Part shown: positions 18,778-27,784 of the stretch, in pieces
Layout of the letters: the number at the start of each line of letters is the position of its first letter
Position numbering within the stretch: the stretch's first letter is position 1
Assembly: GCA_016844925.1 (NCBI GenBank)
Contig: JAERTI010000043.1
Location: 197,110 to 261,109, forward strand
DNA length: 64,000 nucleotides
Direction: 5' to 3'
Origin: Candidatus Uhrbacteria bacterium
GTDB lineage: Bacteria > Patescibacteriota > Patescibacteriia > UBA9934 > GWF2-40-263
The notes under the pieces: model-generated
Seen by the model: the letters and a program-made list of their open reading frames with translations, nothing else
Told to the model about the DNA's origin: nothing
Databases searched by the model: none
Program-made: the position numbers and the translations under genes

Positions 18778-19974
18778 ATGACTCAAACAGAGCGACTGGC
18801 AAGAAATCCGCGGCTGCTCTTTTGGGGGCGTGCGTTGTTCGATGTGAAGATGCTCACCGCCGTGGTGGTGCTCTTCTATCTCCACCGGGGCGTGACCATC
18901 GACGAGGTGTTCTACCTGAGCATCGTCTGGTCCATCGCTTCTCTTCTGACGGAGGTGCCTTCCGGTTGGCTTTCCGATACGTTTGGACGCAAGCGTACCT
19001 TGCTCCTGGGAGCGGGGCTCATGGTTGCCTGTCAGGTGATCTACCTGTTCGCCCATGGCCCGCTCATGTTCATTCCCATATTCGTGTTGATGTCCGCAGC
19101 CTTCTCTTGTTTCTCAGGGACCGACGAGGCCCTGCTGTTCGAGAGTCTCAAGGCGTCCGGGCAAGAGGGGGAGATGACCAAGTTCAACGGCAGGCTCGCG
19201 TCTGCACGAACGTTGTTCAAGATCCTGACCCCGCTTATCGGCGCTTGGGTTGCCAAGGACTTGCTGGAGTGGCAGTTCCAGATCCTGATCTGGGTGAACA
19301 TCATCGCCGTGAGTGGTTCGGTGTTGTTCCTCTCTCGGCTGCACGAACCGCCTCAAGAGCTCTCTGTCTCGCAGATGGAGCTCGGGACGCTTCGTAAAGG
19401 CATCGCGACCATCAAGAGCCATCCCTGGCTCCTGCACGCGTCGCTCAACCGGACACTCCTATTCATCGGTGTGTTCATCACCTGGCGTGCGTACCAGCCA
19501 TTGGTTGTCGAGCAGGGGGTGGCCGTGGAGTGGCTCGGTGTGTTCGACTTCTTCGTCTACCTGTCTTTGTTCGCGGCCAAGTGGCACCTCGACAAGATCG
19601 TGGCGTGGATGGGCATGGCACGGTTCATGTTTGTCTCTGCGGCGACGGTCGTCTGCGCCCTTCTCGTGGCGATTCTCAGTCCGGCGGCCTGGGTTCAATT
19701 CCTGGCGCTTCTGGTTGTCATCTCGGTCGGCTCAGCGCGCTGGCCAGCATTCGCCCACGCGATAAATCACCGGATCGAGTCTGGTGCCAGGGCAACAACG
19801 CTCTCAGTACTCAACATGCTCAAGGGGGTCCTCGACATCCCCATTCTCCTGTTTGCAGGCTGGCTCGCTGGGCAAAGTCTCGTCTACTCGCTCTGGCTTG
19901 CACTAGCCCTGGCGATCATCACGATCCTCGCGTTTCCTATGCGGCAGCGCGATCTGACCGTTGAAACGGTCTAA
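18778..19974 (+). CDS. MFS transporter
   Basis: Multi-TM protein; DTFGRKRT motif. Confidence 0.7.
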   Translation: MTQTERLARNPRLLFWGRALFDVKMLTAVVVLFYLHRGVTIDEVFYLSIVWSIASLLTEVPSGWLSDTFGRKRTLLLGAGLMVACQVIYLFAHGPLMFIPIFVLMSAAFSCFSGTDEALLFESLKASGQEGEMTKFNGRLASARTLFKILTPLIGAWVAKDLLEWQFQILIWVNIIAVSGSVLFLSRLHEPPQELSVSQMELGTLRKGIATIKSHPWLLHASLNRTLLFIGVFITWRAYQPLVVEQGVAVEWLGVFDFFVYLSLFAAKWHLDKIVAWMGMARFMFVSAATVVCALLVAILSPAAWVQFLALLVVISVGSARWPAFAHAINHRIESGARATTLSVLNMLKGVLDIPILLFAGWLAGQSLVYSLWLALALAIITILAFPMRQRDLTVETV

Positions 19975-20008
19975 CCCACCCATCAGCAGGGGTGGGATTT
20001 TTATTTTG
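19975..20008 (+). terminator. Intrinsic terminator
   Basis: cccaccc-atcagcag-gggtggg then ATTTTTATTTT. Confidence 0.6.
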
Positions 20009-20193
20009 TCCAAATTCGAGGGGATTATTCGGGTACGGTGGATGAACTGTTACTTTTTAAGGCCTTCTGTTTATTACAATGTTTTAGGCGCGGCGTTTAG
20101 TGTCGTCTGGATCGGCATTGAGCGCTGTGTCTAAGGTCAGCTACCTGTGTGTTGTGCGCAGGTTTGTAAGCCTCGCAGTAGAGGAATTGAACG

Positions 20194-20775
20194 ATGGCTG
20201 GTTCAAACCAGGTCCTCGAGTTTGTGGGGAAGGTCCTCACTAAGGTCCCGTGGGGGAAGGTAAGCCAGAGCAGGCTCCAGACCGTGATCAACGACGCTGA
20301 TCGCGTTGCCGAGGAGTTCGTCAAGTTCATCAACAATGGCGGTCGTGTGCAGGTAGGACCTCCGTCGGTCCTTGATCTCGATGCCGATCCGCATATCCCC
20401 GATGGTTGGAGCATTCGCCTCGAGGATCAGATCGGCAGTCACCTTGCTGGCAGCTGGGAGGTGGACGTCGCCAAGATCAACCTCTACCGTCAGCAAGTTG
20501 ATAAGTCTATCGTGGGTTACGAGCTCAAGAAACAACTTGAAGGTCAGAAGGTTCTCCCTGCCCACGTACTCGACTACCTACTCGAGCATCCGGAGCTGAT
20601 TCCTGGACATTGGAAACGTGAATGGATCTACTTCTGGGGAACGGTTTACCGCATCTCTGATAGGTGTTTGTGCGTCCGTTGCCTCCGCTATAATGGGCGT
20701 GGATGGTTCGGGTATTACTCCCCCCTCGATATGTGGTTGGGTCACCATGCTCCTGCAGCGTTCGTCTTGAGCTAG
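20194..20775 (+). CDS. Hypothetical protein, paralogue of the 17966-18616 gene
   Basis: See the 17966 entry. Confidence 0.5.
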   Translation: MAGSNQVLEFVGKVLTKVPWGKVSQSRLQTVINDADRVAEEFVKFINNGGRVQVGPPSVLDLDADPHIPDGWSIRLEDQIGSHLAGSWEVDVAKINLYRQQVDKSIVGYELKKQLEGQKVLPAHVLDYLLEHPELIPGHWKREWIYFWGTVYRISDRCLCVRCLRYNGRGWFGYYSPLDMWLGHHAPAAFVLS

Positions 20776-20941
20776 GTTCTGGGGACATGCTCTTGATTCA
20801 GGACTTCTGGATTCTTGTTTTCTAGCCTAACGCTCGAGAGCAGTGAATGCGCTTATTGCCCAACACGGGGCGATGAGTGCTTTTTTATTTTAATCAGATT
20901 TATTGACCAAATCCCCATTTTTGGCTACACTCGCGTACGTT

Positions 20942-22978
20942 ATGAATATTACAGAACTTGCACGTCGTCTTCGTGTCCGCCCGGACGAGCTCCGCAGTAA
21001 ATTGCCAGAGCTCGGTTTTAGTATCGGACGCAAGGCTATTAAGGTTGACAACCGACAGGCTTCCAAGATCATGCGCGCTTGGAGCGAGATGAAACGTCGT
21101 GAGCGTCTTGCTGAAAAGGTGGAGCGTCAGAAGGCTCGCAAGCAACTCAAGGAACTTCCAGAATCTGAACGTAAACAAATCACGCTACCGAATATTGTGA
21201 CGGTGCGTGATTTTGCTTCCATCCTTGAGATGCCAGTGCCACGACTCATGCAGGAGCTCATGCAAAACGGGATCTTGGCTTCTATCAACGAGCGCATCGA
21301 TTTTGATACCGCGTCCATCATTGCTGAGGACATGGGGTACCGCGCCCTTCGTGAGGAAGGCGAGACAGATGTTGAGGAAGATGCCGAGGGCATGGAGAAG
21401 ATTAAGGAGCGTGTTGAGGGTGAAGATAAAAAGAACTTGCAGGAGCGTCCGCCGGTGATTGTGGTGATGGGGCACGTGGACCATGGAAAGACCCGTCTGC
21501 TCGACGCAATTCGAGAGACAAATGTGATGGATACCGAGGCGGGTGGAATCACCCAGCACATTGGTGCGTACCAGGTGGAGCGTAAGGGACGTCAGCTGAC
21601 GTTCATCGACACGCCAGGTCACGAAGCCTTTACGGTGATGCGATCTCGTGGAGCGAAGGTGGCTGACATCGCGATCATTGTGGTGGCTGCCGATGACGGT
21701 GTGCAGCCGCAGACGCGTGAAGCGGTGAACATCGCCAAGTCTGCTGGTCTACCGTTTGTTGTTGCCCTGAACAAAATTGACCGAGCGGAAGCGAATATCG
21801 ATAAAGTAAAAAGTGAATTGTCAGAACTAGATCTCGTTTCAGAAGACTGGGGTGGTAAGACCATCATGGTGCCAATTTCTGCGAAGCAGGGAACGAACAT
21901 TGAAGATTTGCTGGACATGGTTCTGCTCGTTGAAGAGATGGAGAAAGAGAATATTGTTGCCAACCCTAATACTCGCGCGCTGGGGACTGTTATTGAGTCT
22001 CACGTTGATCCAGGTGCCGGTCCTGTGGCCACAGTCTTGGTGCAGAGCGGAACACTGAAGGTTGGTGACACGCTTGGCCTGCGAGGAAGTCTCTACGGTC
22101 GCGTGCGCGCCATGAATGACTGGAAGGGGGATTCCATGAAGGTGGCAGCACCTTCAACGCCAGCGAAGATCATCGGGTGGAAGCTTGCTCCAGCGGTGGG
22201 AGACATTATGGAGGTTCCAGAGAATGCGAAGGACCTGGAGCGCATCAAGGCAACGGATATGTCTCGTAAGGCTACGGAAGATGTGGCGTCCATTAAGCAC
22301 TTTGCGAAAGAAGGCGATGGAGAAGAGGGTGATGAGGGTAAGCAGATCCTCAACCTGATCATTCGCGCCGATGTACTTGGATCGCTAGAGGCCATTCTCG
22401 GAATGCTTGATAAGATTCAGCATGAAGAGGTTGGTGTGAAGGTGGTGCAGAAAGGACTCGGAAATATTACGGATGTAGATGTGAACTCTGCTGAGGCATC
22501 CAAGGCCATCTTGATCGGATTTAACGTCCAGCCAGGTGGTGGGGCCGAGGAGCTCGCTCGGGATAAAGAGGTGGACCTACGTCAGTACAAGATTATCTAC
22601 AAGTTGTTTGAGGACGTCTTGGCTGAGCTAGAGAAACGTGTGCCGTCTGAGACTATTATTACTGAGCAAGGTCACTTTGAAGTATTGAAGAACTTCCGCA
22701 AGACTGACAATGGTTGGATTGTGGGAGGACAGGTAAAGAATGAAAAAATTACTCCGGGCGCCAAGATTCGTCTTAAGCGCGGCGAGGAGTATGTTGGTGA
22801 AGGAGAGATCATTTCGTTCCAGCTGGGAGCGGCTGAGCTCAAGGAAGCTCAGATTGGACATGAGTGTGGAATGCGCTACAAAGGAAAGGTAAAGCCTGAA
22901 GAAGGGGACCTTATGGAGGCCTACACACAGGAGCGCAAAGCAAAAGAATTCAAAATTGAAGGGATCAACCTTCGCTAG
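20942..22978 (+). CDS. infB: Translation initiation factor IF-2
   Basis: GHVDHGKT G1 motif, DTPGHEAF, NKID; start moved to MNITEL behind a TTGACC-N17-TACACT promoter. Confidence 0.9.
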   Translation: MNITELARRLRVRPDELRSKLPELGFSIGRKAIKVDNRQASKIMRAWSEMKRRERLAEKVERQKARKQLKELPESERKQITLPNIVTVRDFASILEMPVPRLMQELMQNGILASINERIDFDTASIIAEDMGYRALREEGETDVEEDAEGMEKIKERVEGEDKKNLQERPPVIVVMGHVDHGKTRLLDAIRETNVMDTEAGGITQHIGAYQVERKGRQLTFIDTPGHEAFTVMRSRGAKVADIAIIVVAADDGVQPQTREAVNIAKSAGLPFVVALNKIDRAEANIDKVKSELSELDLVSEDWGGKTIMVPISAKQGTNIEDLLDMVLLVEEMEKENIVANPNTRALGTVIESHVDPGAGPVATVLVQSGTLKVGDTLGLRGSLYGRVRAMNDWKGDSMKVAAPSTPAKIIGWKLAPAVGDIMEVPENAKDLERIKATDMSRKATEDVASIKHFAKEGDGEEGDEGKQILNLIIRADVLGSLEAILGMLDKIQHEEVGVKVVQKGLGNITDVDVNSAEASKAILIGFNVQPGGGAEELARDKEVDLRQYKIIYKLFEDVLAELEKRVPSETIITEQGHFEVLKNFRKTDNGWIVGGQVKNEKITPGAKIRLKRGEEYVGEGEIISFQLGAAELKEAQIGHECGMRYKGKVKPEEGDLMEAYTQERKAKEFKIEGINLR

Positions 22979-23106
22979 AGAACGAGCAAGCACCTGGGCT
23001 TTCCCAGGTGCTTTGATTTCTGTACACTGTTGCCGTGTAGTCTGTGCTACTGCAAAAGGTTTGTGCACATGCTTAGATACACCCTGAACTCATAACCAAC
23101 ATTTTT

Positions 23107-23424
23107 ATGGCCGAAGTTACATTTACATCAGAGAACTTTGATGAAGCTGTGTTGCAGTCAGATAAGCCAGTCCTCGTTGATTTTTGGGCGCCATGGTGTG
23201 GTCCTTGTAAGATCATGGCACCGATTGTAGAAGAGCTTGCTGGAGAAGTGGAAGGAGCTGTTATTGGAAAAGTAAACGTTGATGAGCATTCTGCGATTGC
23301 TCAGAAGTTCAACATCCTTTCTATCCCAACCTTTATTATTTTCAAGGGAGGTCAGGTGGCAGAGCAGTTTTCTGGATCCATGAGCAAGGACCAGCTTCGC
23401 GAAAAGCTTGAGAAGCACATCTAA
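23107..23424 (+). CDS. trxA: Thioredoxin
   Basis: WAPWCGPCK active site. Confidence 0.9.
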   Translation: MAEVTFTSENFDEAVLQSDKPVLVDFWAPWCGPCKIMAPIVEELAGEVEGAVIGKVNVDEHSAIAQKFNILSIPTFIIFKGGQVAEQFSGSMSKDQLREKLEKHI

Positions 23425-23426
23425 TT

Positions 23427-24365
23427 ATGGATGCCGAGAACGTCATTATTATTGGCTCCGGTCCTGCTGGGTACACAGCCGCTATTTACGCGGCACGCGC
23501 GGACCTCAAGCCATTTCAGTTTGAGGGGCAGCAGCTAGGTGGTCAGCCTGGTGGTCAGCTTATGCTCACCACAGAGGTCGATAATTTTCCGGGGTTTCCT
23601 GAGGGGCTCATGGGACCTGAGATGATGCAGCGTTTTAAAAAGCAGGCAGAGCGTTTCGGGACGCGGATGGAACCTAAGGACGTGACGCGCGTAGATTTTT
23701 CGCAGCGTCCGTTCAAGGTGTGGGCTGGTGAAACAGAGCATCAGGCGCAGTCTGTCATCATCACAACGGGAGCACAGGCCATTTGGCTTGGTGTGCCAGG
23801 AGAGGAGAAGTATCAAGGTCATGGAGTGAGCGCATGCGCCACTTGTGACGGATTCTTTTTCCGCGACAAGGAAGTGGTCATTGTTGGTGGGGGAGACTCT
23901 GCCATGGAGGAGGCCATGTTCTTGACCAAGTTCGCGAGCAAGGTGACCGTCATGCATCGTCGTGATGAACTGCGCGCTAGTAAGATTATGCAGAAGCGCG
24001 CCATGGACAATCCAAAGATTGAGTTTGCCTGGAGTACGGTGGTAACTGAGGTGCTTGGTAACGGAGAGAAGATGACGGGACTCAAGATTAAGGACGTAAA
24101 GACAGGTGAAGAGCGTGAGTTTGAGGCCGGTGGACTCTTCATTGCGATCGGCCACAAGCCAAACACAGGCATCTTTAAGGATCAGTTGGAGCTCGATGAA
24201 CAGGGCTATATCGTCGTTCGACCAGGTTCCATGATGACGAGTGTTGAGGGGGTATTCGCTGGTGGAGACGTTGTAGACCACACGTATCGACAAGCGATCA
24301 CAGCAGCTGGTACTGGTTGTATGGCCGCACTCGATGCTGAGCGATGGTTGGCAGAACAGGAATAG
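23427..24365 (+). CDS. trxB: Thioredoxin reductase
   Basis: IIGSGPAGYTAAIYAAR FAD motif, CATCDGFF redox centre, VVGGGDSAMEEA NADPH motif. Confidence 0.9.
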   Translation: MDAENVIIIGSGPAGYTAAIYAARADLKPFQFEGQQLGGQPGGQLMLTTEVDNFPGFPEGLMGPEMMQRFKKQAERFGTRMEPKDVTRVDFSQRPFKVWAGETEHQAQSVIITTGAQAIWLGVPGEEKYQGHGVSACATCDGFFFRDKEVVIVGGGDSAMEEAMFLTKFASKVTVMHRRDELRASKIMQKRAMDNPKIEFAWSTVVTEVLGNGEKMTGLKIKDVKTGEEREFEAGGLFIAIGHKPNTGIFKDQLELDEQGYIVVRPGSMMTSVEGVFAGGDVVDHTYRQAITAAGTGCMAALDAERWLAEQE

Positions 24366-24467
24366 ATTTGAAAACTAGCCATAGGGGCTAGTTTTTTGGT
24401 TGCTTATCCACTGTTGTAGCACAGGCTATGGTTCGCCCTCTTGGCGGTGTGCTACCCTGGGTTCACT

Positions 24468-25688
24468 ATGAACAATCCATTTGAAAATGCGCTGGCTCAG
24501 CTTGAGCGCGCTACGAGCCTCGTCTCGTTCGACCCAGACTTTTTGCGAGTTATTCGTCACCCAAACCGGCAGGTGCGCGTGAGCATTCCGGTAAAAATGG
24601 ATGACGGACGGTTAGAGGTGTTTGAGGGGTATCGTGTGCAATTTAACAATGCGCGCGGGCCGTACAAGGGGGGGATTCGATTCCATCAAGATACGGACAT
24701 CGAGGAAGTGAAAGCGCTCGCGTTTTGGATGGCGCTTAAGACGGCCGTTGTAAACATTCCTATGGGAGGTGGTAAAGGAGGTGTGACGGTCGATCCCAAG
24801 CCGTTTACCGATGGGGAGAAAGAACGTCTGTCCCGAGGATGGATGCGTGCTATGGCTGAGGTGGTTGGTCCTCAGCAGGATGTGCCAGCACCGGACGTGA
24901 ACACGACGCCTCAGATTATGGCGTGGATGGCTGATGAGTACGGGAAAATTACGGGAGACACTAGCGGGGCGGTTATTACAGGAAAGCCGCTGGATGCTGG
25001 TGGGTCTGAAGGTCGCGGCACAGCGACAGCGCAGGGAGGCTTTTACGTATTCGAATCGTTGCGTGAGCGACTTGGTTTGCCGGAGCAGTGCACGGTGGTG
25101 ATTCAGGGATTTGGGAACGCAGGTCAGTTTGCTGCCAAAATCTGGAGCGATGCCGGTCATAAGGTGATCGCTGTATCCGATTCGCGTGCGGCTGTGGTGA
25201 ACCCTGAGGGGCTCGACGTGGCAGCGCTTATCGACCATAAGGCGTCGACAAGATCCGTGAGAGACTTTGCTGGCGCAGAGACGATTGAATCGATCGACGT
25301 ACTTTATCAAGAATGCGACCTGCTTATTCCTGCAGCGCTGGAGAACCAGATCCATGAGGGGAACGTTGAGAAGATTCAGGCGAAGGTCCTTCTTGAGCTC
25401 GCCAATGGTCCAACGACGCCAGAGGCTGATGATGCACTCTTTGGTCGCGGTATCCCCGTTGTGCCAGATATTCTCGCCAATGCTGGTGGGGTGACTGTCT
25501 CGACGTTTGAGTGGGAGCAGAATGTCAAAGGCGAGAGCTGGAGCGAGCAGGATGTGTTTGAAAAGTTGAAGGTGATTATGGATCGCGAGGCTGTGGCGAT
25601 TGCCGATCGGGCAAAGGAATTGGATACAGATCTACGTCGCGCAGCGTTCGTTGTAGCACTAGAGCGACTTCAGGAGGCCATGAAATAA
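24468..25688 (+). CDS. Glu/Leu/Phe/Val-family dehydrogenase (glutamate dehydrogenase-like)
   Basis: PMGGGKGGV motif and GFGNAGQ Rossmann motif; start trimmed to MNNPFEN. Confidence 0.8.
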   Translation: MNNPFENALAQLERATSLVSFDPDFLRVIRHPNRQVRVSIPVKMDDGRLEVFEGYRVQFNNARGPYKGGIRFHQDTDIEEVKALAFWMALKTAVVNIPMGGGKGGVTVDPKPFTDGEKERLSRGWMRAMAEVVGPQQDVPAPDVNTTPQIMAWMADEYGKITGDTSGAVITGKPLDAGGSEGRGTATAQGGFYVFESLRERLGLPEQCTVVIQGFGNAGQFAAKIWSDAGHKVIAVSDSRAAVVNPEGLDVAALIDHKASTRSVRDFAGAETIESIDVLYQECDLLIPAALENQIHEGNVEKIQAKVLLELANGPTTPEADDALFGRGIPVVPDILANAGGVTVSTFEWEQNVKGESWSEQDVFEKLKVIMDREAVAIADRAKELDTDLRRAAFVVALERLQEAMK

Positions 25689-25700
25689 AACAAACAAAAA

Positions 25701-25750
25701 ACCCTGAACGTTGTCAGGGGACCGCCTCTCGTATGGGGCGGTTTTCGTTT
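25701..25750. terminator. Pair of hairpins acting as convergent terminators
   Basis: ccctga...tcaggg and accgcc...ggcggt with TTTCGTTT / A-tract flanks. Confidence 0.5.
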
Positions 25751-26666
25751 AGCTACCCGTCAGGTCCAGGTTCCTGCGCACCATCGGTGCAAGGAGACTG
25801 TCCGGCCAGGTGAGCCGTGTGAAGTCGGTGAACAAGTCGACGTCTTCGCAATGGGCCTTGGGGACGTGCACCAGAGCCGCTTGGAACTTCAGGTCGCTTC
25901 TCAGGCACTGCGAGACATCCTTGGCAACTTCTTGAGCTCCATCGAAGATCCTTCGTCGATCCCAGTGGTCAGGGCCACGAAGGTGTGGGTCCGGGTAGGT
26001 TTGCACCCACCAAGCCTGCGCGCTCTCAATACCAACCTTGACCTTGATGCTCAAGCAGATATTGATGTCTTGCTCCAGCCAGATCAGGTCTACGCCGAGT
26101 CCGGCGTCCTCGTGGATGGAGGGGAGGAGGACGCGGGCATGTTCTCTGGCTGTGAGCGAGCGGATGCAGTAGGCCGCTGCTGATGCCCCGGCGAATGCGC
26201 GGCACCATTCGTCCCCGTTGATGCCGGGAGAGTTGTGGGCTCCACGTACGTGCATCCAGTGCTTCTGCTCCAGGTCGCACAGCAGGAGTGCGAGCTTGTG
26301 CTGGATCATGGCACCGAGGGCGCACATGGCGGAGAATTCTGGTGCTTCCGGAGGGAAGCCTTGGAGTTGTTGTTGCCACTTGTGTAGCACGATCAGATCG
26401 ATGAGCTGCCTTCCTGTGATGTCGTGCCAGTAGCGCTTTGTTGCGAGGCGAAGCTCGAATCCGTAGAACTGCGCGTTGAGTCCGAAGGAGCGCTTCTGGC
26501 CCAGGCGTGAACGGTTTGGATGCGGGAGGTTGGACCTCGCCAACTTCTTCGCGTCCTTGTACGCGGCTGTGCTAATCCAGTTCAATCGTGGCGAGACTCT
26601 CCGGAGCTCCCGGTGGTCTGCCAGATAATAGTCGAGCACAAGTGACCTCCTTTTCTCGAGCGACAA
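25749..26666 (-). CDS. Hypothetical protein (high GC), tandem paralogue A
   Basis: Shares PHP(N/D)R, QFYG, IVLHKW, AGASAAAY, LLPSxHED, GxDxxWLE and AWW blocks with the adjacent ORF. Confidence 0.5.
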   Translation of the reverse strand: MSLEKRRSLVLDYYLADHRELRRVSPRLNWISTAAYKDAKKLARSNLPHPNRSRLGQKRSFGLNAQFYGFELRLATKRYWHDITGRQLIDLIVLHKWQQQLQGFPPEAPEFSAMCALGAMIQHKLALLLCDLEQKHWMHVRGAHNSPGINGDEWCRAFAGASAAAYCIRSLTAREHARVLLPSIHEDAGLGVDLIWLEQDINICLSIKVKVGIESAQAWWVQTYPDPHLRGPDHWDRRRIFDGAQEVAKDVSQCLRSDLKFQAALVHVPKAHCEDVDLFTDFTRLTWPDSLLAPMVRRNLDLTGS

Positions 26667-26773
26667 TCTCGAGAGAAGGGACTGTATGTTAGCGACAGGT
26701 GACCGTCAAGGAAGTCAGATTGTTTTGTAAATAAATACACCGCCTGTCGTGGGCGGTGTTTGCGTGGGAGCGG

Positions 26774-27664
26774 CTAGGTGCCGGTTCCGCGCAGGGGGGC
26801 TCGCGAGCGAGCGGCGTGGATTTGGTCCAGGAGCGTCTCGGGCCAGGTGGTGCGCTGTCGGCACAGGTCCAGTCGGATCGGCTTGCCTCGTTCCTTGCCT
26901 ACGTGGACGAGGATGGGTTCGAAGCGACGGGGGTTGCCTTCTCTGGTCTGTTCGTTGGAGCAGTTGCGTGCTCCGCGGGCGATGCGGGCACGTTCCCGCT
27001 CGATCCCTTGAAGGTTTCTTCCATTGGGTTCGCTGGCGATCCACCAGGCGCGCACGCGGGACACGTCTACACGTGCCTTCACGCTCACGGCCATGGAGAA
27101 GTTGCCTTCGAGCCAGAACACGTCAATGCCATGGACGACATCTTCGTGAGCGGAGGGGAGCAGGACCGTGGCGTTCTGTCTCTTGCACAGGGCCATGATG
27201 GTGTAGGCGGCGGCGCTGGCTCCTGCGATGTTGATGTGCCACTGTCGTTCAGAGAGTCCTCTGATCCGACCGAGGTTGTAGAGGCGGTTCCATTGACTCA
27301 GGTTGAGTTCTAGCAGTAGGAGCGTGAGCTTGCGCTGCATCATGGTGCCGATTCCGGCGCGCAGAGCGATGCCTTGTTCGCACTGCAGGTGCTGGACGTC
27401 GAGGAACCACTTGTGCAGGACGATCACTTCCAGGAGCGATCGGTCAGGCTGCTTCGCGTACGGCGTCTTGCCGCGAAGATGGAGTCCATAGAACTGGCTG
27501 ATGAACCCTTTGGACTGGCTTCCATTCAGGATGGTGCGGTCCGGGTGCGGGATGCGCTCTGCAGCAAGCTCCAGGGCCTGCTTGAAGATCTTGTCGGGGA
27601 TGTTCCTTCTTCGCTGTGACCAGTAGAAGATGGCGCGGCGGGTGCCTAGGAAGCCATCGAGCAT
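26774..27664 (-). CDS. Hypothetical protein (high GC), tandem paralogue B
   Basis: See the 25749 entry. Confidence 0.5.
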   Translation of the reverse strand: MLDGFLGTRRAIFYWSQRRRNIPDKIFKQALELAAERIPHPDRTILNGSQSKGFISQFYGLHLRGKTPYAKQPDRSLLEVIVLHKWFLDVQHLQCEQGIALRAGIGTMMQRKLTLLLLELNLSQWNRLYNLGRIRGLSERQWHINIAGASAAAYTIMALCKRQNATVLLPSAHEDVVHGIDVFWLEGNFSMAVSVKARVDVSRVRAWWIASEPNGRNLQGIERERARIARGARNCSNEQTREGNPRRFEPILVHVGKERGKPIRLDLCRQRTTWPETLLDQIHAARSRAPLRGTGT

Positions 27665-27784
27665 GGTCTACACCTCCTTTTCTCAGGTAGATCTGAGGGT
27701 GGAGACTACAGGTATTTTGGGGAAATGTCAAGGAATTAGCCTTAATATTGGCCTAAAAATAGGGATCTGCTATGATTTGCTGGT

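Noticed and set aside
25749-27664. Protein-kinase-like (HGD / DWE) or minimal nucleotidyltransferase (GS...DxD) assignment for the tandem unknown paralogues
   Set aside because: The spacing between the HED and GxDxxWLE blocks (4 residues), and between GAS and the acidic pair (~24 residues), does not fit either family's catalytic geometry.
27665-27784. Possible T-box or other leader upstream of leuS
   Set aside because: The 120-nt region has no recognisable T-box motif (AGGGUGGNACCGCG-like), no specifier/antiterminator arrangement and no terminator hairpin. It is probably a simple promoter region.
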